From Octopus vulgaris (taxonomy: Eukaryota), in assembly GCA_951406725.2 (NCBI GenBank), contig OX597814.1, positions 25,606,001-25,670,000 of the forward strand: a stretch of DNA of 64,000 nucleotides, in the 5' to 3' direction. Every line of letters starts with the position of its first letter. The stretch's first letter is position 1. Under the pieces are notes generated by a model. That model made no database searches. It was not told where the DNA came from and saw nothing but the letters and a program-made list of their open reading frames with translations. Made by a program: the position numbers and the translations under genes. Shown here one piece after another: positions 52,135 to 64,000 of this stretch.

Positions 52135-53386
52135 AGGAGAAACAGTAAAAAGCTTCATGATGATGATGCGATTTTAACGGATAAACATTACGACATTTCA
52201 AACACAGCTGGCATGTTTTGAAATTATATCTGCAAATATGGATCAAAAATCCCTGAATTAAAAACCGAAGTAATGTCTGTTGATGAACTAAATTTTATGT
52301 ACACGCATGTACCACCTTAGATCCTCAACTTCCTTTTGTCATATATTATTATTGCTATTTTGCATGTTGCATGGCAGACTGTGGAATAGAAATAGCTTTA
52401 GACAAAGACACCAATCATTACGGTTTACCTCATGCAAAGTTTAGTTTATTTGGAATTGTTCAATCAGTTAGAGAATTAAAATGTACTTTTCAAAGTATGC
52501 ATTCAAGCAGTTCTGGCCTATAGAAGTGAGACCTGGTCAATAGAAGAAACATTAACAGGGGAGATTAACTCTGCATATTGGTGTTTCGTGATTTGCACTT
52601 GGAAAATTAATTTTCCACGAATGAACAGCTAATCGCAAGAGTACAGAACTTCTCAGCTGATATCATTTTATCAATGTAGTATTTTGTTTGAAAGGACATT
52701 CCTTAAGAAACTTAACTATTAAACTAGCGAGTCTTTTGAATCATACAAATCAAGCTGTAACATCTTACCACGTTGAAGTAGCTTTGTAAAAGACACACGT
52801 TTGTTTCACAAGTTAATGAGAATCAAGCTGGATACAGTGTTTGATTTAATGATGATGATGGTCTTTCAGCTGTTAGAGACCAATGACGAAAGCGGATTGG
52901 CACACAATATCTCTCCAGTTGTGGATTACTCTTTGTCAATACAGATGGGAGTATTGAAAATATAAGATAATGATTATTAAATTTCTGAGAGAAAACAATA
53001 AGTTCGATGTTTCTTTAGGAATTAAATCAGGTTTTCCAACTCTAACCATTTCCAATGACATTCGTTGAGCAAAGGTAGCATCCAGTTTGGAGACAAGTGG
53101 GATAGAAGCAGATTTTGATGTGTAATGGTTACCCAACGGTTAAGACATCTTGATTTAGCAGTAATCCTTGTGCAAGTAAAAGCGAATATCATGTTCTTTG
53201 CAGATCGATAATGTTAATGGATTTTAAGTTTGTCTTAGATATTTGTAGATTGATATCTGAAGCGAATACCTGGATTATGTGAACAAAAGCTGCCGCTCGT
53301 CATCCGAGAAACAGCAGCTAAGTATCTTTCAAAATACACCTTAAAATCGATGATACTGTGGATGCATGATGAACATGCTGAACATG

Positions 53387-53452
<66 letters not shown>

Positions 53453-54269
53453 TAAACATTGTGAGTCAGAAAAATTCGGAAACAGCGAAAAATCCTCTTT
53501 GTGAGCGCTCGGCTTATTAAAGACAGCAACCGAATCTCCCTCAAATAAAATCGTACTGTCTTAAACAAGTACAGATTAGTTTATATAGTCCTAGGTACTA
53601 TTTAAAAGATAGGATTGTATTAGTTGGAATACTTTTGATCATAGTTTTGTAGAATCACTGTTGAACTGAGACTAGAGGACAACAACGACGACAGAGAGAA
53701 CATTTGAAGGGTAATATACTCACATACAAAACACAAAATCTCACAAATCGAAAATCACACGATGAAACATGTAAACGGTGAGAAACCCCTATTATCATTT
53801 ATTCAGGTCCATCTCTCTATACAGTCAACATAAGTAGCAACTAACATTTCACACACAAAGTACACCAAAACAAAGTAGCAAATATACACTACATAAATAC
53901 CCAACAAATTTTCAAGTATTCTGTAATACGGCACAAAAGAAGACATTGACAGTGCTAAAATATCCATCAAACATAACATTAGCACTTTTCATATTCGAAA
54001 CCGTACAACAAAATCGTCAACTGATTCAGCATCTTTTGCAGTTGTCTTTAATGGAATATACCGTATTGTAAGCTTTCACTTCAGTTTCACGATTACCTCT
54101 CCGCCCCATCTTTTTCCTTCAGGTATTGCTCGTGAGATCTTCATGCTGGTCATCAGCCGCAAGAATCTCATAAGTTTGAAAAGATTTGAAAATATCATCA
54201 GCCTTTTCGCTCCATTCTTATCCAACTTATAAAAAGAAACGATTCCAAGTACAACTCTTCCACAATGCA

Positions 54270-54680
54270 TAGGCGTAGGAGTGGCTGTGTGGTAAGTAGC
54301 TTGCTTACCAACCACATAGTTCCGGGTTCAGTCCCACTGCGTGGCACCTTGGGTAAGTGTCTTCTACTATAGCCTCGGGCTGACCAAAGCATTGTGAGTG
54401 GATTTGTAGACGGAAACTGAAAGAAGCCAGTCGTATATATGTATGTATGTATATGTATGTGTGTGCATATGTTTGTATGTCTGTGTTTGTCCCCCCTTCC
54501 AACATCGCTTGACAACCGATGCTGGTGTGTTTACATCCCCGTAACCTAGCGGTTTAACAAAAGAGACTGATAGAATAAGTACTAAGCTTACAAAGAATAA
54601 GTCCTGGGCTCGATATGCTCGACTAAAGTCAATGCTCCAGCATAGCCATAGTCAAATGACTGAAACAAGTAAAAGAATAA
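54270..54680 (+). mobile_element. SINE family C (tRNA head, CCTTGGGYAAGTG body, internal microsatellite)
   Basis: A box TGGCTGTGTGG and B box GGTTCAGTCCC; repeated at 42105 and 62185. Confidence 0.85.
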
Positions 54681-55072
54681 AGCGAGAGCACAATCTGTTG
54701 AGTGGGACAAGCTAAGCTATATTGTGCACTTCATGAAACGTAAAATCATATTCCCTGTACATGAATTTTATGATAGAAAGACAATAGAAATTCAATAATT
54801 CAAAGTAACAACAAAAAGAAAAACCAACAGTTCAAAATGCTTAAACATGATAATCATATGCTTATCACCAACTTCACCAACCGCACCATCAGGTTACTAA
54901 TCTCGAATTATGGCGCGTTATCACTGGGAAACACATTAATACATACAATCTTATTTGGTACACAACATTTTCACTTTATCTATCAGATATTCATTGAAAA
55001 TCAGACACCATAAATCTCATTAGGAAGACGGAGACACCAAATGCAAGCAGAAACTTTCTATCTTGGAGCTTA

Positions 55073-55118
<46 letters not shown>

Positions 55119-55770
55119 TAACACTCACTAGTAAAGTAACTGGGAAATCAGAAAACTCAAATGCATCAGGACCTAACAAATTAAAGAATTTCTGCAATCA
55201 GAGATGGCCTTAGAAGTTACTTTGAGATCTTTTTGGCGGGCCTCAGACATTGAGCCTAAGTATGTTTTAGCGAAATAGCCTCTTAAAAATTTTAATTTAT
55301 TTTTGTTACGGAGAATTTTCCAATTTGCAAGTGAACAGCATTTTGGAAACAAATCTTTTGGGGTTTTCTAAAACATATTCGCACGTAAAGCCAACAAATT
55401 ACTTTCAGTTCAGTTCACAGCTTTAGGGTAAAAGTCACATCATTATATATCAACCTTCGAAAACAGTTATTTAAACAACATAACCGCAAAAATACAGAAT
55501 CCTAAATAAACAAAATGTCTTTTTAAAGAGTATATTTTTTACAAAACCAAAGAAATGACTAAACTTTTGCAAGAAGACCCATTCAAAATGTAAATAAACC
55601 GTAATGTGGAAACAAACTTTCGTTTGCAGATTTCTACAATCTTCTTTTATTTATTAAAGTTATCTTTCTTGCTTTTATCTCCTCAAAAATCATTTCGGAT
55701 TTTATCTAAGTTTAAACAGCCCAAATATTTTTGATGCATTGATAATTTAAAGCAAGTTCTAATCAGTTTC

Positions 55771-56012
55771 GTGGAGGCTTGGTGGTTAGGGTGCTGGATT
55801 CATAATCGTAAGATTGTGGTTTCGTTTCCTGGAACGGAAAATGTGTTGTGTTTCTGAGCAAAACACTTCATATCATGTTGCTCCAGTCCACTCAGCTGAC
55901 AAAAATAAGTAATCCTGCGACGGATCGGTGTCCCGTTCAGGTGGGGAATTTATACGCCACTGAACCCGAGAAACCGGCACTTATGAGACTGGCATGGCTT
56001 GAGAAGGAAACA
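55771..56012 (+). mobile_element. SINE family D
   Basis: Homologous to 14162-14420. Confidence 0.75.
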
Positions 56013-56099
56013 TTTCTAATCAGTTTCAGCTTTGAAATATATGATTCGCTTGATGTTACAATTACTGTGAGTGACAAGGAAAAACCTGAGAGAAAGAAA

Positions 56100-57560
56100 T
56101 AATTTTGGAAATGTAGCAGACCTGTGTTTTTCAGGCAATGAATTCATGCATTCTCATTGAATTTCGAAACTCATATGGCAGAATTAGATTTAGTGAGTCC
56201 ATTTTTACAAAGCATGTAACCACCTATATCGCCCAGTTTTAGGGCCTTATTTCTTACCTGTGCTAGCTTAATTCTAATCCATGTCACCTCCAGGTTTGCT
56301 TCACATTTTCTTAAAGTACCTTTAGACAAAACCTGAAAATTGCACAAGAAATCAAATACATTTAATGGTTTTATTTTTCAGTTATTCAAACCATGTGCTC
56401 TCAGTGCTTTAATTACCATTTTGCATCTGTCAAAGGCTCATTTGCTTATTCATAATCATATAATTGTTCTTTGCTTTGCTTGTTACATAAGCACTTGCTC
56501 TGAGTCATGAATACAGGCCCAACATCTAGACCTTTAGAAAACTCCCTAATATCTTATCAAAATTTCTGCCTCACCCAGTATGTCTTTAAATAATTACAAA
56601 ATGTTTGGAATGAAGAAATCCCTGCTAAATCTATGGCATCACACTGAAGTTCTTCACACAAATTCCTTTGGAAGAAAGAGGAGCGCTGGAAAACTAGTGC
56701 AACCAAAATAATTACCCTTCATTTGAGTGATACACAATTCAGAATCAATCAGTGATTGCAACTAAATTTTCTAATGCACCATAGACTTCAGTGTTTCAGT
56801 GAGAGATTTTACAGTTGGGGCCGTTGCATGTTTTCTAAAACGAGTCCAACATTTAGTAGATTATACAAAGCGGAATTCTAGGGAAATTTATTGCACCTCC
56901 ATATTATTTTTTTATTATCTCTCCAAAGTTATAGTTGTGACATGAACATTGTGTAAAGAAAACCCTTGTATTTTTCTCTAGGAGCAGTACCTGCGCACAT
57001 GAGGAATATCAATTCGTATTAGAACTATTCTCATATTCCTGTCGACGGAAATATTCAACATCCAACTCTAAAGTTTGAACTTAGTGCAGAGGGGTGTTGT
57101 GCTAAACTCCATCTGTGCAACCTGCCACCATTATAAACATTTAGTGAAATGTTCATATGCTCCTACTGGAATATTTAACTGTACAACATTAGCTATATAT
57201 CTAATTACTAACAGAGTTTGCTCTTGATAACCGATGCCAGGAGTGCAGTCAAGAATTATTGCAAAATACTTAACAACAAATAAATATATGTAAAAATCTA
57301 CCTGAATATGTGAAAGCCACAGTTTTCTTGGCAGCAATTTCCATTTCCTATAAACCTTTCCACAATATACCCAATTACTTCTAAGAACCCAATCACATTT
57401 GTATCCTCCTAGAACATAATTATAATACCAGACTAAACACATTATCATTCCTGGTGGACTAAGATAAGCATTATAATCGCTACAAAATCAATAGCCATAT
57501 TAGTTTCTCATAAGCACAATGGAGCTTAAGTGTGTTCTTAAATGGCTAAAACTACTTTCC
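56100..57560 (-). mobile_element. Decayed hAT transposase (ZMYM1/DUF4371-like)
   Basis: KYFAIILDCTPGIGYQEQTLLVIRYI (first catalytic D region) and STKCW...TVKSLTET. Boundaries approximate. Confidence 0.75.
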
Positions 57561-57644
57561 TACGAAGTAATTGTTTCAATTTCAACGCATTCTCAGATCA
57601 TGTTACATGCCAAACAAGTTCAATTCTCATATGTATATATATAT

Positions 57645-57930
57645 ATAAGATGAGAGAATGGAAAGGTGATTAATAACTTATTATTTATTAATTAAAAGAT
57701 TGACAAACATCTCTTACAGCTGTTTCAATTCTGGCTCTCAGAATTTTAATCAACATAAGGAAATTAAATACTTACTTTGTATACCTGTATCTATCTATGA
57801 AGAGAATCATTTTTAATTTGATTAATTAATTTTCTGAGAGCCTGAATTGAAACAGCTGTAAGGAATGTTTGTCAATGTTTTAATTAATAAATCATAATTT
57901 ATTAATTACCTTTCTATTCTCTCATCTTAT
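57645..57930. repeat. ~110-bp-arm imperfect inverted repeat between (TA)n tracts (pLTR plus inverted pLTR)
   Basis: Arms 57645-57753 and 57818-57930; hammerhead-like motif at 57793-57864. Confidence 0.75.
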
Positions 57931-57944
57931 CATTATAATAAATA

Positions 57945-57990
<46 letters not shown>

Positions 57991-58129
57991 CACGGTTTAT
58001 ATAGTTACCTTGCAGAGGAGTATTGAATATAATGTCCAATGCTCTTTGTATAGGTAATTAACCAGTACTTTCATAGGATTTTGCTATCCCTGAATGAGGT
58101 TTGTAACCTTTAATTGTACTTCTGTTTTA

Positions 58130-58145
58130 TGTATATATATATATA

Positions 58146-58229
<84 letters not shown>

Positions 58230-58436
58230 TATGTATGTAATTACATATTTGAAAGTCTATGAGAATTACTTAATGCAGTTTTTGGAATTAGAATTCTAAT
58301 TCCAATGGCTGAAGTCTAGCATCACGCTTGAAACTTGAAGTACTAAAGGAATTTAAACCGAACTATTTGATGTATATATATATATTTATATATATATATA
58401 CAAATTGAGATAGGGGTTGCAAATTCAACCCTCCAT

Positions 58437-58493
<57 letters not shown>

Positions 58494-58720
58494 GTATAAA
58501 TGCGGTGAGCTAGCAGAATCTTTAACACGCTGGACAAAATGATTAGCGGCATTTTGTCCGTCTTTCCGTTCTGAGTTCAAATCCCGCCATGGTCGATTTT
58601 GGCCTTCATCCTTTTGGGCTCGATAAAGCAAATACCGGTTGAGCATGGTGGTAGATGTAATTGACTTACCCTCTCTTGAACTTGCTGGCCTTGTACCAAA
58701 ATTTGAAACTTATATGTATG

Positions 58721-58796
<76 letters not shown>

Positions 58797-59261
58797 TATG
58801 TATGTAATTACATATTTGAAAGTCTATGAGAATTACTTAATGCAGTTTTTGGAATTAGAATTCTAATTCCAATGGCTGAAGTCTAGCATCACGCTTGAAA
58901 CTTGAAGTACTAAAGGAATTTAAACCGAACTATTTGATGTATATATATATATTTATATATATATATACAAATTGAGATAGGGGTTGCAAATTCAACCCTC
59001 CATGGGATATATATATATATATATATATGTATATGTATAAATGCGGTGAGCTAGCAGAATCTTTAACACGCTGGACAAAATGATTAGCGGCATTTTGTCC
59101 GTCTTTCCGTTCTGAGTTCAAATCCCGCCATGGTCGATTTTGGCCTTCATCCTTGTGGGCTCGATAAAGCAAATACCGGTTGAGCATGGTGGTAGATGTA
59201 ATTGACTTACCCTCTCTTGAACTTGCTGGCCTTGTACCAAAATTTGAAACTTATATGTATG

Positions 59262-59300
<39 letters not shown>
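58130..59300 (+). repeat. Near-perfect tandem duplication of a ~550-bp unit containing microsatellites, a pLTR fragment and a family B SINE
   Basis: Unique segments start at 58227 and 58794; SINEs at 58498-58710 and 59039-59251. Confidence 0.92.
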
Positions 59301-59317
<17 letters not shown>

Positions 59318-59387
59318 GGAGTAAACACATAAATGTGAAACAAGGTGGAAAAAAAGAGTACTCAAATACCAGTGGTAGAGTAATATG

Positions 59388-59493
59388 CTTTATTTAAAGC
59401 AGCAGAAAATTCAACAAAATCTGTTACTCTGAGTTTGGCAACGAGAAACTCAGAGTAACAGATTTTGTTGAATTTTCTGCTGCTTTAAATAAA

Positions 59494-59494
<1 letters not shown>
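59388..59494. repeat. Perfect 49-bp inverted repeat with 9-nt loop
   Basis: Arms 59388-59436 and 59446-59494. Confidence 0.95.
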
Positions 59495-59569
<75 letters not shown>

Positions 59570-62184
59570 GTATGCAGATAAATATACATATACTTGTATA
59601 AATATATTCGCATATATATATAGGTGTACATATGTATGTATGTAAGCATAAACATGCACACATATGTACGGGTACATACAAATGAATGTCTATTTATGAT
59701 ACATATTCATGCAGGCATTTATAAAGTGTGAATGCGAGTACAAACACACATACTCATAGACAAATTTCTTCATTTTGCTATAGATTATCGTGTATATACC
59801 AAAATGCACCTGTATACACATATATTGAAGATACGTGAGTAAATGATCAATATATCCGAAAAAATACAAATTGGTAAAGAACCAAATTCACCAAAGTTTT
59901 TGTTTCATTCCCTCGTTTTCAAGAACCATTTACATATCTGTTTTTTGTTTGTTTATACGTTTTTGAGTATCCATACATACATACATACATACATACATAC
60001 ATACACATAGTTTTCTGTTTTATCTAAGTTGTTTTCATGCCGTTTTTTATGACATTTCCAAGGCTTCTTATTGGGAATGTAACCCCTTTATTCAAATAAT
60101 AGTGGAATGAATATGGAAATTAAACAGTAAACAGAGCCAATAGTCAATTATTGTCTGATTATTCGATGTTAGAAAATGTGTAATGATAGACAAAGTGTGA
60201 AATGAATACGTTACACTCATTTCCAGCTCTTAAACAGAATCAACATATAAGTTGGTCTTTTTCCAAGGTTACAACAATCGGTGTATGAATATGAAGCAAT
60301 ATATGACCTGCATATTTTATACAGAATTGTGAGAGATTTAATTGGACAAAATGTCACAGTTGCATCCGTGAAAAGGTTTGAGGATTTTATCAGGATTATA
60401 GCTATTGTTGTTGTTGTTCTTGCTATTAGCATTATTTTTATTATAGTTGTTGTTGATGTTGTTTTTGTAATAGTAGTAGTAGTTGTTATTGTTGTTGTCA
60501 TTGTCGTCGCCGTCATTATCTTCGTCACTATTTTCATATTTTGTTCTTATCATTTACGTCAGTATTAATATTAATAGATGGAAAATGATTGTTGCAAAGG
60601 CGCTTCTTTATATTCAAATGATTCTTTATGTCGATTGATATGACTAACGTTCAATGACCTCTGTAAATTACAACCCGCTTCTGCAAATTCCTCCGGTTTA
60701 ACGCCTCATACTAACGACATACATTACAAATTCATTGAATACAGAATTATTGAGAAATTCAGATGAGTTCATGTTGTAAATGGCACCTTTGCTCTTTTAA
60801 AGTTGTATGATATCGTATAAGCACAGCGGTCAATGGCGACAGGGTATTTGAATGGACAATGTATTCATCCACCGACCTAAAGGTCACTAGTTCAAGCTCT
60901 GTCACTTGTATTTGATATATCTTTTGTCAAAACAGATTACGACAGTTACTTGCATCTAGAAACATTTTTACATAAATATTTCTGTTTGGACGAAAAACAT
61001 TGCAGAATACAAACACGATGTGTTATTTCAATACTAACTATATCGTCTCTTAATATTCCAAAAAAGATAGATTCGCTTAATTCTTCCAAAGTAAGAAAAA
61101 AATAAACAGTTACGTAGGTGAACATGTTTCTAATGTGTTGAACCTAAAGTTGTAAAATAATATTGAATGGTGGCATAGTATGGTTAGTGAGTCTCGTCTT
61201 TAGAAAGAACTGGGGAAACTCCAGATATATTTTAGCTTTAAGAAACCTCTTCAATGAAAAAATCTACGATAACTGAGGCAATAAAGATTTTGAGTGGATG
61301 ACATTCACTGATTAGGCAACTTAAAATAATGTCTGTAGGTAACTAACTTTGAATGAATTTTATACACAATTACGTCATCTGCTATTTTAATTATACTTTT
61401 CTATTAATTTTGGTCCTCTGGCATTTCATCGTTTCCACATTGACATTATATATGCTTGTGTAAAGCTTTCATAATTTGAATAAAAAATTATAAATATTCA
61501 TCAAAGCATACCCTATCAACCGAAAAATTGGTATTTAGCTTCATGCTTTTAGTAATTAATGTCAGGTCGTCAACTGTTATGCAAAGGAGTCTGTGTCTAG
61601 ACATAGATTTGCTTACATTTTAATAAGTTGCCTCGAAATTTACAAACACTGGGAGTTTAAAAGGAGAAAAGTAAGCGAATTTTCACATAGTGTTAATGAT
61701 TTGGGTTACACAGATGTATATTGCCTTCCTTACCAATTGTTCCTGATTGTATTAGTCAAACTAAGAAGTACTGTCCCTCGTATCAAATCACACCCATGTT
61801 AATTTTTCCAAGACCCTATGTTCATTGATTCCTTTTGGCTGGCCACACTTGTAAAGTTAGTGTTAAAATGTTGGCTTATGTCTGTCAAGGTATTGATCTC
61901 TAGTATTTTCTTCAATTGTGTCCAATAGTGTAAATGTTTCTTTTTTCATATCTATTCTAAATTCAGTCAATATTTTTTACATTTTTTTTTTGCCTTGGGA
62001 TGTGATCACTGCTATCTCTTTTTGGGTTACTACTTCTCACTGTGACCCCAAAAAGAGAAGGCATACTGAATATCTAGCAAAGGAATCTTTACAATATTTA
62101 AGATATAAAAGTATCCGAGAATCGTAATCAAGAATCGTTAACGGCTAAATAATTTGAAAAGAAACTTTTTTTCCCTACAAATAA

Positions 62185-62530
62185 GCTCAGGTGTGACTGT
62201 GCGGTAAGAAGCTTGCTTCCCAACCACACGGTTCTAGGTTCAATTCTACTGCGTGGTACATTGGGCAATTGTCTTTTATTATTGCCTCTGGCCGACCAAA
62301 GCCTTGTGAGTGGATTTGGGAAATCAAAACTGAAAGAAGCTCGTCACATATGTGTGTGTGTATGTGTGTAACAATATACTGAAAACCGGTGTTGGTGTGT
62401 TTACATCCCCGTAATTAACAGTTCGGTAAAAGAGACCGGTAGAACCTGGATTTTTAAAAAAATAAGTCTTCGGGTCGATTCATTCGACTAAAAATTCTTC
62501 AAGGCGGTGCCAACAAGTAAAAGACAAAAG
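62185..62530 (+). mobile_element. SINE family C
   Basis: Homologous to 54270-54680. Confidence 0.8.
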
Positions 62531-62544
62531 GTAAAAAAACATAT

Positions 62545-64000
62545 GTACTGACTCTTGAACCATTACTGCGGAAGTTGGAGGCTTTTAGGGGTGTCCTGAA
62601 TGATCTAGGATGTGGTAGAAGTGTGTCTGCTTACGTTGATGATGTCACCGTCATAGTGTCGAACCACAGGCATATAGACCTGATTGGTGAAACACTACAG
62701 GAATATAAAGCGTTGACAGGAGCTAAAATTAATGCGGAAAAGTCAGTGGGATTGCAACTCGGCACCTGGAGACGTAAGTCCATGCCGTCCAATAGTGTGG
62801 TTGGGTGCTGGACAGACGGTCCCGTTAAATTGCTCGGAGTTTGGTTTGGTTCGGACTCCCAGGTGGAGAAGAACTGGGACGGGGTGACGGGCAGGGTAGC
62901 CAAACTCACCCAGAACTGGGCCGAGAGAAAACTGTCCCTGAAAGGTCGAGCGGAGGTGACGAATGCGTACATCGCATCCGTCATCTATTACCGCTTGACT
63001 GTCGTCTCTTGCCCTGTTTGCTGGTTGACCAAGCTGAAGTGCTTACTCTTCCGCTCTCTGTGGAAGGGGCGCTTTCCACTGGTCAGGCGCTCCATCTGCT
63101 GTCAACAACCACTGAATGGAGGGCTGGGTATGCCGTGGTTACTGATGCGGAGACATGCGCTGAGGTTGCGGCATCTCCAGCGTTTCCTTGACGGTGAGCA
63201 GGTGTGGTCACCGTTTGTAAGACACGCTTTTCCACAGCTCGTTTCTTTGACTGAGCTGCAATCGTGGATTAGACGTAGACCGAGGAGGAGCGCTTGGCAC
63301 CTCGAGTCCCGTCAAGCGCTCACAGCCCTCCGCCAGGTGGGCAATGCGGTTGGTGATAGTTCTACTCTAGCGTTCTATAGGGAGCTAGTGGAGAGGAAAG
63401 TGCGACGACGTTCTCGGGAAAACTCTGGGCGTCGACGAAGATCAACTAACTTTCGGGCCTGGGCCTATGGATAACTTCCAGAAATCCCCTGCTTGGCAGG
63501 GATATCCGCTGCCTGTTCGGGATAAACTTTACAGGTGCGTTCAGAACGATGAAACTGTTCTGCACGCCCTACTCCAGTGCTCGAGTATTGCTTACCTGTG
63601 GGCTTATGTCAAACACCTGCTGTTGCATGTTGGACGGATCCGAATATCAGCTGAATCCATTGTGAGGATTGCCCAGCCACCCTCTTTTGGCCGGAAGTGG
63701 AAGGCAAATTTATTTGTCTAGTGGCTGTAGCGAAAGAGGTTTGAAAGGGTTAAAGACAGACACATTCCTCTTTGGCCAAACCCTCATCAACTTTTTCAAG
63801 TTTCACTTCAAAAGGGAGTTGAGGGTGGAGAAAGGAAAGTGTTGCCTTGTAGCAAGTATGTTGAAATGTTGGTGAATGCTGGAAGAATGGCCATTGTGAA
63901 AGGATCAATTCTGAGCTTGCACCTGTAAACAAAAGAAGGGCATCCGTGGCTTTTGTGGGTTTTTCCCCGAGGTCCTTAAAGCGCCTCCCCTATTGGGAGT
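62545..64000 (+). mobile_element. 5'-truncated L1/Tx1-clade LINE ORF2 remnant
   Basis: ORF 62575-63474 has SAYVDDVTV, GAKINAEKS, VKLLGVW, LSLKGRA, GGLGMP. Downstream DETVLHALLQC is a zf-RVT-like remnant. Confidence 0.9.

Overview
AT-rich, microsatellite-laden animal DNA. The SINE and microsatellite landscape resembles an octopus/coleoid genome; that assignment is inference. I could not support any host protein-coding exon, so the window looks intronic or intergenic, and its recognisable features are transposable elements. These are: a very young Ty3/Gypsy-type LTR element (1584-4768, minus; 277-bp LTRs with 1 mismatch; ATAAC target-site duplication; RT-RNaseH-integrase ORF; gag/protease deleted); an old Mag-like gag-protease relic with a SINE and a composite Helitron nested in it; Helitron, Helentron, pogo, mariner and hAT remnants; RTE, CR1-like and L1/Tx1 LINE fragments; four tRNA-derived SINE families; and many Penelope-like fragments in (TA)n tracts carrying decayed hammerhead-ribozyme motifs. 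The most striking signal is the primer-binding site of the young LTR element. It is not the usual TGG complement of a tRNA 3' end but a 12/12 complement of the 5' end (nt 1-12) of tRNA-Phe, directly abutting the LTR. A putative 71-nt intron in U5 uses the first AG of this site as its acceptor. Together these suggest an unusual priming system based on a 5' tRNA fragment.
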